Below, piece by piece: positions 1 to 7,453 of a DNA stretch of 32,000 nucleotides; positions within the stretch are counted from its first letter, which is position 1, and every line of letters begins with the position of its first letter. Source of the stretch: Pseudomonadota bacterium (GTDB lineage Bacteria > Pseudomonadota > Gammaproteobacteria > Pseudomonadales > Halieaceae); the NCBI GenBank assembly GCA_039818725.1, contig JBCBTK010000002.1, forward strand, positions 256,817 through 288,816, read 5' to 3'. A program made the position numbers and the translations under genes. The notes below the pieces were generated by a model that saw nothing but the letters and a program-made list of their open reading frames with translations, did not search any database and was not told the origin of the DNA.

Positions 1-229
1 GCAGTGCGCCGAGATTGCGTGGGTGGCGGTGATAGCGAACCCTTGGGTCCGCGTTCGCGTACCGCAGGCAGATTTCACGTGTGCGGTCGGTCGACGCGTT
101 GTCGGCTATGAAGACCTCGAAGTCTGATAAGGTCTGCGACAGGATCGAATCGAGCGACTCCTCGAGCCATTGTTCACCGTTGAATACCGGTATACCGACC
201 GCGATCAGATGTTGAGTACCGGTCTGCAC
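1..229 (-). CDS. Glycosyltransferase family 2, N-terminal fragment (gene runs off the window)
   Basis: Manual minus-strand translation from a GTG at 229: (M)QTGTQHLIAVGIPVFNGEQWLEESLDSILSQTLSDFEVFIADNASTDRTREICLRYANADPRVRYHRHPRNLGAL. Contains GT-A signatures GIPVFNGE and ADNASTD. Absent from the ORF track. An in-frame TAA at 236-238 sits just upstream. Confidence 0.85.
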   Translation of the reverse strand, partial: MQTGTQHLIAVGIPVFNGEQWLEESLDSILSQTLSDFEVFIADNASTDRTREICLRYANADPRVRYHRHPRNLGAL

Positions 230-235
230 TTTGGG

Positions 236-367
236 TTACTCGCCAGTCTGGTCGATCATCTGCAGGTGAGTCTTCATTGGGGTGTTCGGGAAGGCGTACG
301 GATTGGTGTTCGGGAAAGTGTTCGGATTGGTGTTCGGAAAGGTCTTCGTACCAGTTTGCATGTTCAT
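236..367 (-). CDS. Possible 43-aa repeat-containing short ORF, in frame with the downstream glycosyltransferase
   Basis: ATG at 367 to TAA at 236-238 gives MNMQTGTKTFPNTNPNTFPNTNPYAFPNTPMKTHLQMIDQTGE. Below the ORF-track length limit. No homology known to me. Confidence 0.2.
   Translation of the reverse strand: MNMQTGTKTFPNTNPNTFPNTNPYAFPNTPMKTHLQMIDQTGE
277..348. repeat. Three imperfect 24-bp tandem direct repeats
   Basis: 277-300 ttggggtgttcgggaaggcgtacg; 301-324 gattggtgttcgggaaagtgttcg; 325-348 gattggtgttcggaaaggtcttcg. Confidence 0.85.
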
Positions 368-418
368 CTTTGTACCTGCACCCGATTCCGCTTCGCGGAC
401 TCATGGCGGCTGGTTCTC

Positions 419-459
419 CCCATGAGTAGTCGCTACCCATGAGTAACCGCTACCCATGG
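419..459. repeat. About 2.4 copies of a 17-bp tandem direct repeat
   Basis: 419-435 cccatgagtagtcgcta; 436-452 cccatgagtaaccgcta; 453-459 cccatgg. Confidence 0.8.
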
Positions 460-584
460 TCGGTCCATCTGCGCGGCGCCGCGGCGAGTTCCCGTCCGGT
501 GGAAGTATCTCACGGGCGTTGCTTCAGAACTCCGGGGCACTCGCCATTGGCCGACGGGCATAGCTAGCCGCAGCGCGAGGAGCG

Positions 585-1757
585 ATGACTGAGGGACCGA
601 TCAAAGTTCTTACCGCTGTATGGCAAACCGAAGTCGGCGACGCGGTTGCCGAACAGATTGAGGCCTTTCGCCATTTCGATCGCGATGCGGTGCAAGTGGA
701 TTTCCTCATATCATCGCAGTTTGAAGGGCGCTATGACGCAGTAATCAGAGAATGCGGCGGTCGTGTGGTTCTGGGTAAGGATTCGTCTCGTGGTCGTCGA
801 AACTTGCGCGAACTTGCCGCAATCAATGGCCAGTTTGGACCTTACGATGTGGTGCACAGTCATCGCTATTCGCACTATCGCGGCGTTGCGCTGCTCGATG
901 CGGCAGAGCGATTGCACATACCGGTTCGCATTGCGCACACGCACTTTATTCCGCCATTCGAACAGGTCGGCCTGAGTCGTATGTTCAGCCGAATCAAATC
1001 CAGCATGGCGCGCCGCAGCTACACGCACGGGCTTGCGAACACGCAGGCGGCTGCACTGGATTTCTTCGGACCGGGCTGGGAACGAGATCCGCGAGTCCGC
1101 GTCCTTCCTCCGGCCTGTGACTATGACCTAATGCCAAACACGGAGGGCAAACCAGATGAAAGTGCCGCGCGTCGTTCTGAGTTCCTGCTGGCCTGCGTCA
1201 GCGATTACACAAACTTGCTGGACCTTGCGTTCACTTTGTCGGTCGCTGATGAATTGCGAAAATCAAACGCGAACTTTCGCTTGGCGATGATAGGAGACGG
1301 GCCGCTACAAACACTGATCAGACAACAAGTGCGCTTCGCCGGTTTATCGGAGCACGTGATGTTTGTGGATGTCGATGATATGGCCGACGTTCTCCAACGG
1401 ACAGATGCGATGCTCACGCCCGCTTCCCATGCGCTGTTAAGCAGCAGCGTACTGCAAGCGCAGGCCGCTGGAGTGCCCTGCTTTTTATCTGATCTTGTGT
1501 GCGACGAAGCAAGCGTTGTTGAGTCCCTGGTACACAGATTCCAGCAGCAGGATGGACCGGAGGCATGCGCAACTTGCATAGAGCGCTTCGCCAGTAAGAA
1601 GCGAATTTCCGCGGCGGATCGAGAGCGGGCGCGTCGGCTCTGCCGAGAAAGCGGTCGCGACGTACGCGACTATGCGCGGCAGCTCCACGGCATTTATGCT
1701 CAATGCCATCCCTGGGCACAACAAACTGTCGTAAACCGAGGATCGCTAGTCCCATGA
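585..1757 (+). CDS. GT4-type (family 1 pfam) glycosyltransferase
   Basis: 390 aa. N-terminal 'PYDVVHSHRYSHYRGVALLDAAERLHIPVRIAHTHF' and C-terminal 'RLAMIGDGPLQTLIRQQVRFAGLSEHVMFVDVDDMADVLQRTDAMLTPA', typical of GT4 (EpsF-like) enzymes. Confidence 0.85.
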   Translation: MTEGPIKVLTAVWQTEVGDAVAEQIEAFRHFDRDAVQVDFLISSQFEGRYDAVIRECGGRVVLGKDSSRGRRNLRELAAINGQFGPYDVVHSHRYSHYRGVALLDAAERLHIPVRIAHTHFIPPFEQVGLSRMFSRIKSSMARRSYTHGLANTQAAALDFFGPGWERDPRVRVLPPACDYDLMPNTEGKPDESAARRSEFLLACVSDYTNLLDLAFTLSVADELRKSNANFRLAMIGDGPLQTLIRQQVRFAGLSEHVMFVDVDDMADVLQRTDAMLTPASHALLSSSVLQAQAAGVPCFLSDLVCDEASVVESLVHRFQQQDGPEACATCIERFASKKRISAADRERARRLCRESGRDVRDYARQLHGIYAQCHPWAQQTVVNRGSLVP

Positions 1758-2701
1758 GTTCGGGTTCGGACTTTCTGGCGGTGGTCGGTTTGCCAACCTT
1801 CAAGAGGCCGCAGGGCCTCACTCGCTTACTCGAATCGCTGGAAAAGCAGCTCGTCGATTTTCGCGTGCAGATCCTTGTAGCGGATAACGATGAGGATAAG
1901 CAGGAAGGCGTGCAGGTCGTTGCGGATTTGAAGCGGCGGGGTTTTCGATTTCCGCTGGACTCCTTTGTCGTGGCGGAACGCGGGATCTCTCAGGTTCGCA
2001 ACGCGCTGATGCGACGGGCCTTTGAGGAGTATCAGTGTGACGTGCTGGCCATGCTGGACGACGACGAGTGGGCGGAAGAGGAATGGTTGAGCGCTCTGGT
2101 CCGTGTGCAAAGGCTCACGAATGCTGACGTCGTAGGGGGCAATGTACTCGCGGAGTTTACCGATCCGCCTCCTAGCTGGTTGAAAGACCTCGAAGGGTAT
2201 CCTAGAAAAAACCCACCTCTGAGCGGTTATGTCCCACTGATTTATGGTACGACAAACGTGTTGCTTAGCAGAGCAGTCACGACGCGCTTTCCAGGGCAGC
2301 ATTTTGATCCCTTTTACGCGCTTGTAGGGCGCGGTGACACGGAGTTTTTCACCCGCTTAAAGAAGCTCGGCGCCATTTTTGCGTTTTCCCACCAGGCAAA
2401 AAGCCACGAAGTTTTTGGACCCTCCCGTACCACCAAGCAATGGGCGCGAGAACGCGCGTTCTGCGATGGTGCGGCCCATATGCGGATTGTGCTGCGAGAC
2501 TGGCCCGGACTCGTAGGGATGGCCGTAGAATTTATGAGGATGTTTGGGGCAGTCGCTGTAGCGCTGGCACGAATCGGCGTCAACCCGCGGCGTGATGACA
2601 GAAGAATGGCGGGTCAAATTCTGATCATGCGTCAGGTTGGAAAACTCAGTGCCCTATCCGGAAAATACAAAAAGGTGTACCGCGAGGTACACGGAAACTG
2701 A
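1754..2701 (+). CDS. Glycosyltransferase family 2
   Basis: Translation from ATG 1754 (MSSGSDFLAVVGLPTFKRPQGLTRLLESLEKQ...ILVADNDEDKQ...LAMLDDDEWAEEEWL). The ORF track begins further upstream at 1703, but ATG 1754 makes an ATGA overlap with the preceding stop. Confidence 0.85.
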   Translation: MSSGSDFLAVVGLPTFKRPQGLTRLLESLEKQLVDFRVQILVADNDEDKQEGVQVVADLKRRGFRFPLDSFVVAERGISQVRNALMRRAFEEYQCDVLAMLDDDEWAEEEWLSALVRVQRLTNADVVGGNVLAEFTDPPPSWLKDLEGYPRKNPPLSGYVPLIYGTTNVLLSRAVTTRFPGQHFDPFYALVGRGDTEFFTRLKKLGAIFAFSHQAKSHEVFGPSRTTKQWARERAFCDGAAHMRIVLRDWPGLVGMAVEFMRMFGAVAVALARIGVNPRRDDRRMAGQILIMRQVGKLSALSGKYKKVYREVHGN

Positions 2702-2753
2702 TCGGCACGGATGAGAACCCGGTCGCGATTTCTACTGTTCGTGGTGATGACGT

Positions 2754-4064
2754 TTGCGTCTTGCGCGGATGATGTTCGCTGCTACTGGAGTTCCGTTCCA
2801 TGTCATCCAATCTGAGGAGAGACTTCGATTGCAGCCCTGCAACGCCTGTCGGTTTTGTGGCGCCAAGCTTCAGACCACCTTCGTCGATTTAGGAAAGACT
2901 CCGCTGTGCGAAACCTTTCTGAACAGTGAAGCTCTGAGTGAACCTGAGTCCTTTTATCCCCTGCACGCTTTCGTTTGTGCTGAGTGCTTTCTAGTTCAAC
3001 TACCGGAGCATGTGAGTCCACCAGAGATTTATCGCGATTATCCGTACTTCTCCTCCTTCTCATCAAGCTGGGTGGCTCATGCGCGGGACTACTGCACCTC
3101 GATAGTGGACGAGCTTCGACTCGACGCGACATCACTGGTCGTCGAAGTAGCAAGCAACGACGGCTATCTGTTGCAGCACTTCATCGAACGAGAAATACCG
3201 TGCGTGGGTATCGAGCCAGCAAAAAACGTGGCGTTGGTAGCCCAGGAAAAGGGAATCACCACAGAGGTAGCCTTTCTCGGTAGTGCGGTGGCTGATCAAC
3301 TCGCGGAGCGCCATGGTCTGGCTGACCTTGTTATCGCCAACAATGTTCTGGCACATGTGCCCGATATCAATGACTTTATTCAGGCTTTGAAGATGTTAAT
3401 CGGACCTGAGGGGAGGGCCACCCTGGAGTTTCCTCATCTACTTTGCCTCATGAGAGAGATCCAGTTCGACACGATTTATCATGAGCACTTCTCCTATCTC
3501 TCTTTGTTCTTCGTCGAACAGGCGTTTGCCCGTTGGGGCCTGCGTGTATTTGACGTCGAGGAAATCCCTACCCACGGAGGATCCCTTCGAGTTCACGTTG
3601 CCCACAGCGAGTCAAATCGAGGGGCGAGGTCCGAGCGCATGGAGCGCGTGCTAGCTGATGAAGTTGACTACGGATTGAGAACCCTGGATGTCTATCGGAG
3701 ATTTGGCCGCGACGTGGTGAAACTGAAAAACGAGTTGCTGCTGTTCCTGGTCACCGCAAAGAACTCGGGGAAAAAAGTGGTGGGCTACGGGGCACCCGGC
3801 AAGGGAAACACCCTGCTGAACTACTGCGGTATCCGCTCTGACCTACTGGAATATACAGTCGATATCAGTCCCCACAAGCAGGGTCTCTATACCCCCGGAA
3901 CGCATATCCCGATCTACAGTCCCGATAAAATATTCGAGACAAAGCCCGATTATCTACTGATCCTTCCGTGGAACCTTGCCACGGAGATCACCCAGCAGAT
4001 GCATGCGATTCGCGCCTGGGACGGAAAGTTCGTTACTCCCGTGCCAAAGGTTACTGTTCACTAG
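2754..4064 (+). CDS. Class I SAM-dependent methyltransferase of the NDP-sugar C-methyltransferase type (N-terminal Zn-binding, central methyltransferase, C-terminal domain)
   Basis: CNACRFCG ... FVCAECFLVQL Cys pairs, VVEVASNDGYLLQHF SAM motif, C-terminal VVGYGAPGKGNTLLNYCGIRSDLLEYTVDISPHKQGLYTPGTHIPI. The start could be internal (TTG near 2829 preceded by GGAGAG). Confidence 0.85.
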   Translation: MRLARMMFAATGVPFHVIQSEERLRLQPCNACRFCGAKLQTTFVDLGKTPLCETFLNSEALSEPESFYPLHAFVCAECFLVQLPEHVSPPEIYRDYPYFSSFSSSWVAHARDYCTSIVDELRLDATSLVVEVASNDGYLLQHFIEREIPCVGIEPAKNVALVAQEKGITTEVAFLGSAVADQLAERHGLADLVIANNVLAHVPDINDFIQALKMLIGPEGRATLEFPHLLCLMREIQFDTIYHEHFSYLSLFFVEQAFARWGLRVFDVEEIPTHGGSLRVHVAHSESNRGARSERMERVLADEVDYGLRTLDVYRRFGRDVVKLKNELLLFLVTAKNSGKKVVGYGAPGKGNTLLNYCGIRSDLLEYTVDISPHKQGLYTPGTHIPIYSPDKIFETKPDYLLILPWNLATEITQQMHAIRAWDGKFVTPVPKVTVH

Positions 4065-4143
4065 CCGCGATCGAATTCCACCCATATCGGATTGAGATGG
4101 ATCAAATGTCACTGCGAGGACACGCCGCAAAGGGATTTCCAGC

Positions 4144-5181
4144 ATGCGAGTGCTGATAACCGGTACGGAGGGTTACATCGGCACCCGCCTCGCCGCATCG
4201 TTGCGGACCGGCGGTGTTGACGTTGTCGGTTTGGATACGGGGTTTTATTGCGACGGTACTCTGTACTCGGATTCGGCCGGCCAGCCACGGTCACCCGCGG
4301 CTGAGTTGCAGGATCTGCGTAGCTTGCGTGAGTCGGAATTGCGCGGAATAGACGCGGTTGTTCACCTGGCTGAATTGTCCAATGACCCTCTGGGTGAGTA
4401 TCGGCCATCAGTCACCTATGAAATAAATCACCAAGGATCCGTTCGTCTTGCAAAAGCCGCGCGGGCGGCTGGAGTCAAGCGCTTTGTCTATGCGTCTTCA
4501 TGTAGCGTCTATGGCGTCTCCGACGAGGAGCTTGTAGATGAACGGTCAGCAATTAATCCACAGACCGCCTATGCTGACTGCAAGAGGCTGGTTGAGCGTG
4601 ATCTGGCGGCGCTATCCGACGCAAGTTTCGCGGTGGTTTTTCTTCGTAATGCGACCGCATACGGGCCCTCACCTCGGATGCGATTCGACATTGTCATAAA
4701 TGACCTCTGTGGCATGGCGTGGACTCGGAAGCACATACAACTGCTCAGCGATGGGACCCCTTGGCGCCCTGTCGTGCATGTCGAGGACATCTGCGCTGCG
4801 TTTCGATGTGCCCTCGATGCCCCCGAGGAACTCGTTAACGGCGAAGTATTCAACGTTGGCCATAGCTCCGAGAACTACCGTATCTCAGAGCTGGCGAATC
4901 TGGTGGCGAGTGTATTTCCGGACTGTGATCTTTCGATCGGTGAGCCGAGCGGGGACAACCGCAGCTACCGAGTCTCTTTCGATAAGATCCTTCATCAGCT
5001 ACCGGGATACAAACCCCGCTGGACCGCTGAGCGCGGTGTGCGCGAATTACGCGAGTTGTTTGACCGAATTCAGCTGACGCGCGAGCAGTATGAGTTTCGC
5101 GCGTTCACCCGCTTGAAACAGCTGCGCTACCTACGCGATACCGGACGGATCGATCAGAACCTTTATTGGCAAAGTCGTTGA
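4144..5181 (+). CDS. NAD-dependent sugar epimerase/dehydratase (extended SDR)
   Basis: MRVLITGTEGYIG nucleotide-binding motif; YADCK catalytic YxxxK; SSCSVYG; LRNATAYGPSPRMRFD. Confidence 0.88.
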   Translation: MRVLITGTEGYIGTRLAASLRTGGVDVVGLDTGFYCDGTLYSDSAGQPRSPAAELQDLRSLRESELRGIDAVVHLAELSNDPLGEYRPSVTYEINHQGSVRLAKAARAAGVKRFVYASSCSVYGVSDEELVDERSAINPQTAYADCKRLVERDLAALSDASFAVVFLRNATAYGPSPRMRFDIVINDLCGMAWTRKHIQLLSDGTPWRPVVHVEDICAAFRCALDAPEELVNGEVFNVGHSSENYRISELANLVASVFPDCDLSIGEPSGDNRSYRVSFDKILHQLPGYKPRWTAERGVRELRELFDRIQLTREQYEFRAFTRLKQLRYLRDTGRIDQNLYWQSR

Positions 5182-5762
5182 AGTTCATTCCGAAAACACT
5201 CGCTGGCGTTTATGAGTTGGAGCTTGAAAGGATCAGCGACTCGCGTGGCTATTTTGCCCGGCAATGGTGTCGCGAGGAGTTTGCCCGGAAGCACATTGAC
5301 TTCGAACCGGTACAGATGAGCACATCGGGCAACACCGAGCGAGGCACCCTGCGAGGCCTGCACTTCCAGTGGCCTCCTTCCTTCGAGGCGAAGCTTGTCA
5401 GTTGTACCTTTGGAAAAATCTGCGATGTCGTGGTTGATCTCAGACCTGATTCGCACACGTTTATGCAGCATCACTGCGTCGAATTAGACGCTGACAAAAA
5501 GAACATGCTGTATATACCTCCTGGTGTTGCTCACGGTTACCAGACGCTGACCGACAGTGCGCAGGTCAGCTACGTGATGTCGGATTTTTTTGCTCCCGAG
5601 CTCTCAGACGGGATCCGCTATAACGACCCCGCGTTCGGTGTAAGCTGGCCCCTAACGGTCACGCGAATTGCGGACCGCGATGCACGCTACAAGGATTTTG
5701 ACCCGGAAGAGCATTGCGCGCGCTACCGCAAAATTGCGCCCACCGGCCATATTTCAAGCTGA
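5166..5762 (+). CDS. dTDP-4-dehydrorhamnose 3,5-epimerase family protein (RfbC-like cupin)
   Basis: SRGYFARQWCREEF...TLRGLHFQWPPSFEAKLVSCTFGKICDVVVDLRPDSHTFMQHHCVELDADKKNMLYIPPGVAHGYQTLTDSAQVSYVMS. TTG start overlapping the previous gene. Confidence 0.88.
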   Translation: MAKSLKFIPKTLAGVYELELERISDSRGYFARQWCREEFARKHIDFEPVQMSTSGNTERGTLRGLHFQWPPSFEAKLVSCTFGKICDVVVDLRPDSHTFMQHHCVELDADKKNMLYIPPGVAHGYQTLTDSAQVSYVMSDFFAPELSDGIRYNDPAFGVSWPLTVTRIADRDARYKDFDPEEHCARYRKIAPTGHISS

Positions 5763-5774
5763 GACTTATCGAAG

Positions 5775-6410
5775 ATGAAACCCCGCATTGATCTGAACGG
5801 AGCTGATCGTGTTCTGTGCATCGGGGCGCACGCTGATGACATAGAGCTGGGTGCCGGTGGAACGCTACTGAATCTGCTCGCTGACAAACCGAGCATAGAG
5901 ATGCACTGGTGCGTGCTAACCGGTGCTGGCACTCACCGAGAGAAAGAGGCACGACGATCTGCGGCACTATTCGCAGAGAACAGCATTGACGTGGAAGTCT
6001 TCGACTTTCAGGATACGCGCCTTCCCTGGCAGGGCAACGCTGTGAAGGATGTGTTTCGGGATATCGGTCGGCGCCTGGATCCCGACCTCATCTTCACGCA
6101 CCATGGCGATGACCACCATCAGGACCATCGTCTGATATCCGAGCTGACTTGGAATACCTGGCGCAATCACCTGATCTTTGAATACGAAATTCATAAATGG
6201 GAAGGCGATCTGGGGCGACCCAATGCTTATGTTCCACTGACCGAGGAAGTCAGTTACCGCAAGGCAGAGTTGATCTACCAGGCGTACGAAACGCAGCAGT
6301 CACGACGCTGGTTTCGAAAGGAGAACTTTATTGCGCTGATGCGAATTCGGGGTGTTGAATGCCACCACGACTTCGCCGAGGCCTTCCATGCAAAAAAGCT
6401 GATCTGCTAA
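5775..6410 (+). CDS. PIG-L family deacetylase
   Basis: VLCIGAHADDIELGAGGTLLNLL (AHxDD motif), TRLPWQGNAVKDVF, FTHHGDDHHQDH. Confidence 0.9.
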   Translation: MKPRIDLNGADRVLCIGAHADDIELGAGGTLLNLLADKPSIEMHWCVLTGAGTHREKEARRSAALFAENSIDVEVFDFQDTRLPWQGNAVKDVFRDIGRRLDPDLIFTHHGDDHHQDHRLISELTWNTWRNHLIFEYEIHKWEGDLGRPNAYVPLTEEVSYRKAELIYQAYETQQSRRWFRKENFIALMRIRGVECHHDFAEAFHAKKLIC

Positions 6411-6427
6411 CCGCCCTCCGGGCGAAG

Positions 6428-7198
6428 CTACCAAACCTGCCAAGGTCGGTGGTTCCGACTTTCCATTTCGTCGAACGCTTTTTTATCCTTGGGCGTATCG
6501 ATACAAGCCCAGAAACCGCTGTGACGATAGGCGGTTAGCTCCGATTCGACAATCAGACGCTGGAACGGTTCTTCCACCAGTTCCTCACCCTCTCCAAGGT
6601 AATCAAAAATTCGCTGACTGAATGCGAAAAAGCCACCGTTAATCCAGGTATCAGACTCGCTCGCCGAGCGAAGACCGACGACTGTCCCATCCTCTTCCAG
6701 ATCAACCACATGGTAGCTTTGGCTGGGCCGCACGCAGGCAAAACTGGCTACCTTGTTTTTTTCGAGGAAGGTATGTACGTACCGGTCCAGCGGCAGATCT
6801 GAAAGCCCATCGCTGTAATTGGCTAAAAAATAAGGGTCGTCGCCGATAAACGGGCGGACCGCCGCTAGGCGCTCTCCTATATTGCTGTGCAGGCCAGTGT
6901 CGACGAAGGTGATCTTCCAGTCCGAAATGTCCTTGTTCAATAGAACCGGCTCGCCGCTGTCACCTCGCAGTTCAAAGTCGTTGGAATGCCATTCGCGATA
7001 GTTAACGAAGTAGTCCTTTATCTGGTTTCCCAGATAACCCAGGCACAAAATAAAGTCGCGATGGCCGTAATGAGCGTAGTACATCATGAGATGCCAAAGA
7101 ATCGGACGCTGCCCGATGCTGACCATGGGCTTGGGTGTAGTGTCCTGATGGCCTCGAAGTCGTGTGCCGAGACCGCCACAAAAAAAAACAACCTTCAT
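6428..7198 (-). CDS. rfbF: Glucose-1-phosphate cytidylyltransferase-like nucleotidyltransferase
   Basis: MKVVFFCGGLGTRLRGHQDTTPKPMVSIGQRPILWHLMMYYAHYGHRDFILCLGY...WINGGFFAF. The ORF track starts at 7240 (GTG); ATG 7198 fits the conserved N-terminus. The gene symbol is by similarity; substrate not proven. Confidence 0.8.
   Translation of the reverse strand: MKVVFFCGGLGTRLRGHQDTTPKPMVSIGQRPILWHLMMYYAHYGHRDFILCLGYLGNQIKDYFVNYREWHSNDFELRGDSGEPVLLNKDISDWKITFVDTGLHSNIGERLAAVRPFIGDDPYFLANYSDGLSDLPLDRYVHTFLEKNKVASFACVRPSQSYHVVDLEEDGTVVGLRSASESDTWINGGFFAFSQRIFDYLGEGEELVEEPFQRLIVESELTAYRHSGFWACIDTPKDKKAFDEMESRNHRPWQVW
7180..7188 (-). repeat. T9 homopolymer (A9 on + strand) inside codons 4-7 of the nucleotidyltransferase gene
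   Basis: + strand ccac-AAAAAAAAA-caaccttcat; coding strand ATG AAG GTT GTT TTT TTT TGT GGC. Confidence 0.9.
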
Positions 7199-7453
7199 AG
7201 TCCGAACATGCCTTCCCTTTCTACTCACTCGTACACTCACGCACTCGCACTTACTCGCGCCGTGACTCTTGTGGTCCTATCCGGATAACGCGCTGGATCC
7301 AACGTCCCGTTCCATTACTTGACATGCTTTCAGAGTCCACGGAAGACGCTGCAACAAGGCGCCTTGGCTGATACGCCGAAGTTATGCGAATCAATGGAAA
7401 AGGACACGAGCTGAAAACGGACCAGCGGTTTGTGGCGCCCGGACGTCTTTGCA

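Noticed and set aside
170-442. 90-aa plus-strand ORF with VRxxVRIG repeats
   Set aside because: Generated by the 24-bp tandem repeat and antisense to the glycosyltransferase start; no independent support. The opposite frame in phase with the glycosyltransferase is more interesting.
277-459. Possible CRISPR array
   Set aside because: Repeats are directly abutting, imperfect and without spacers; no cas genes.
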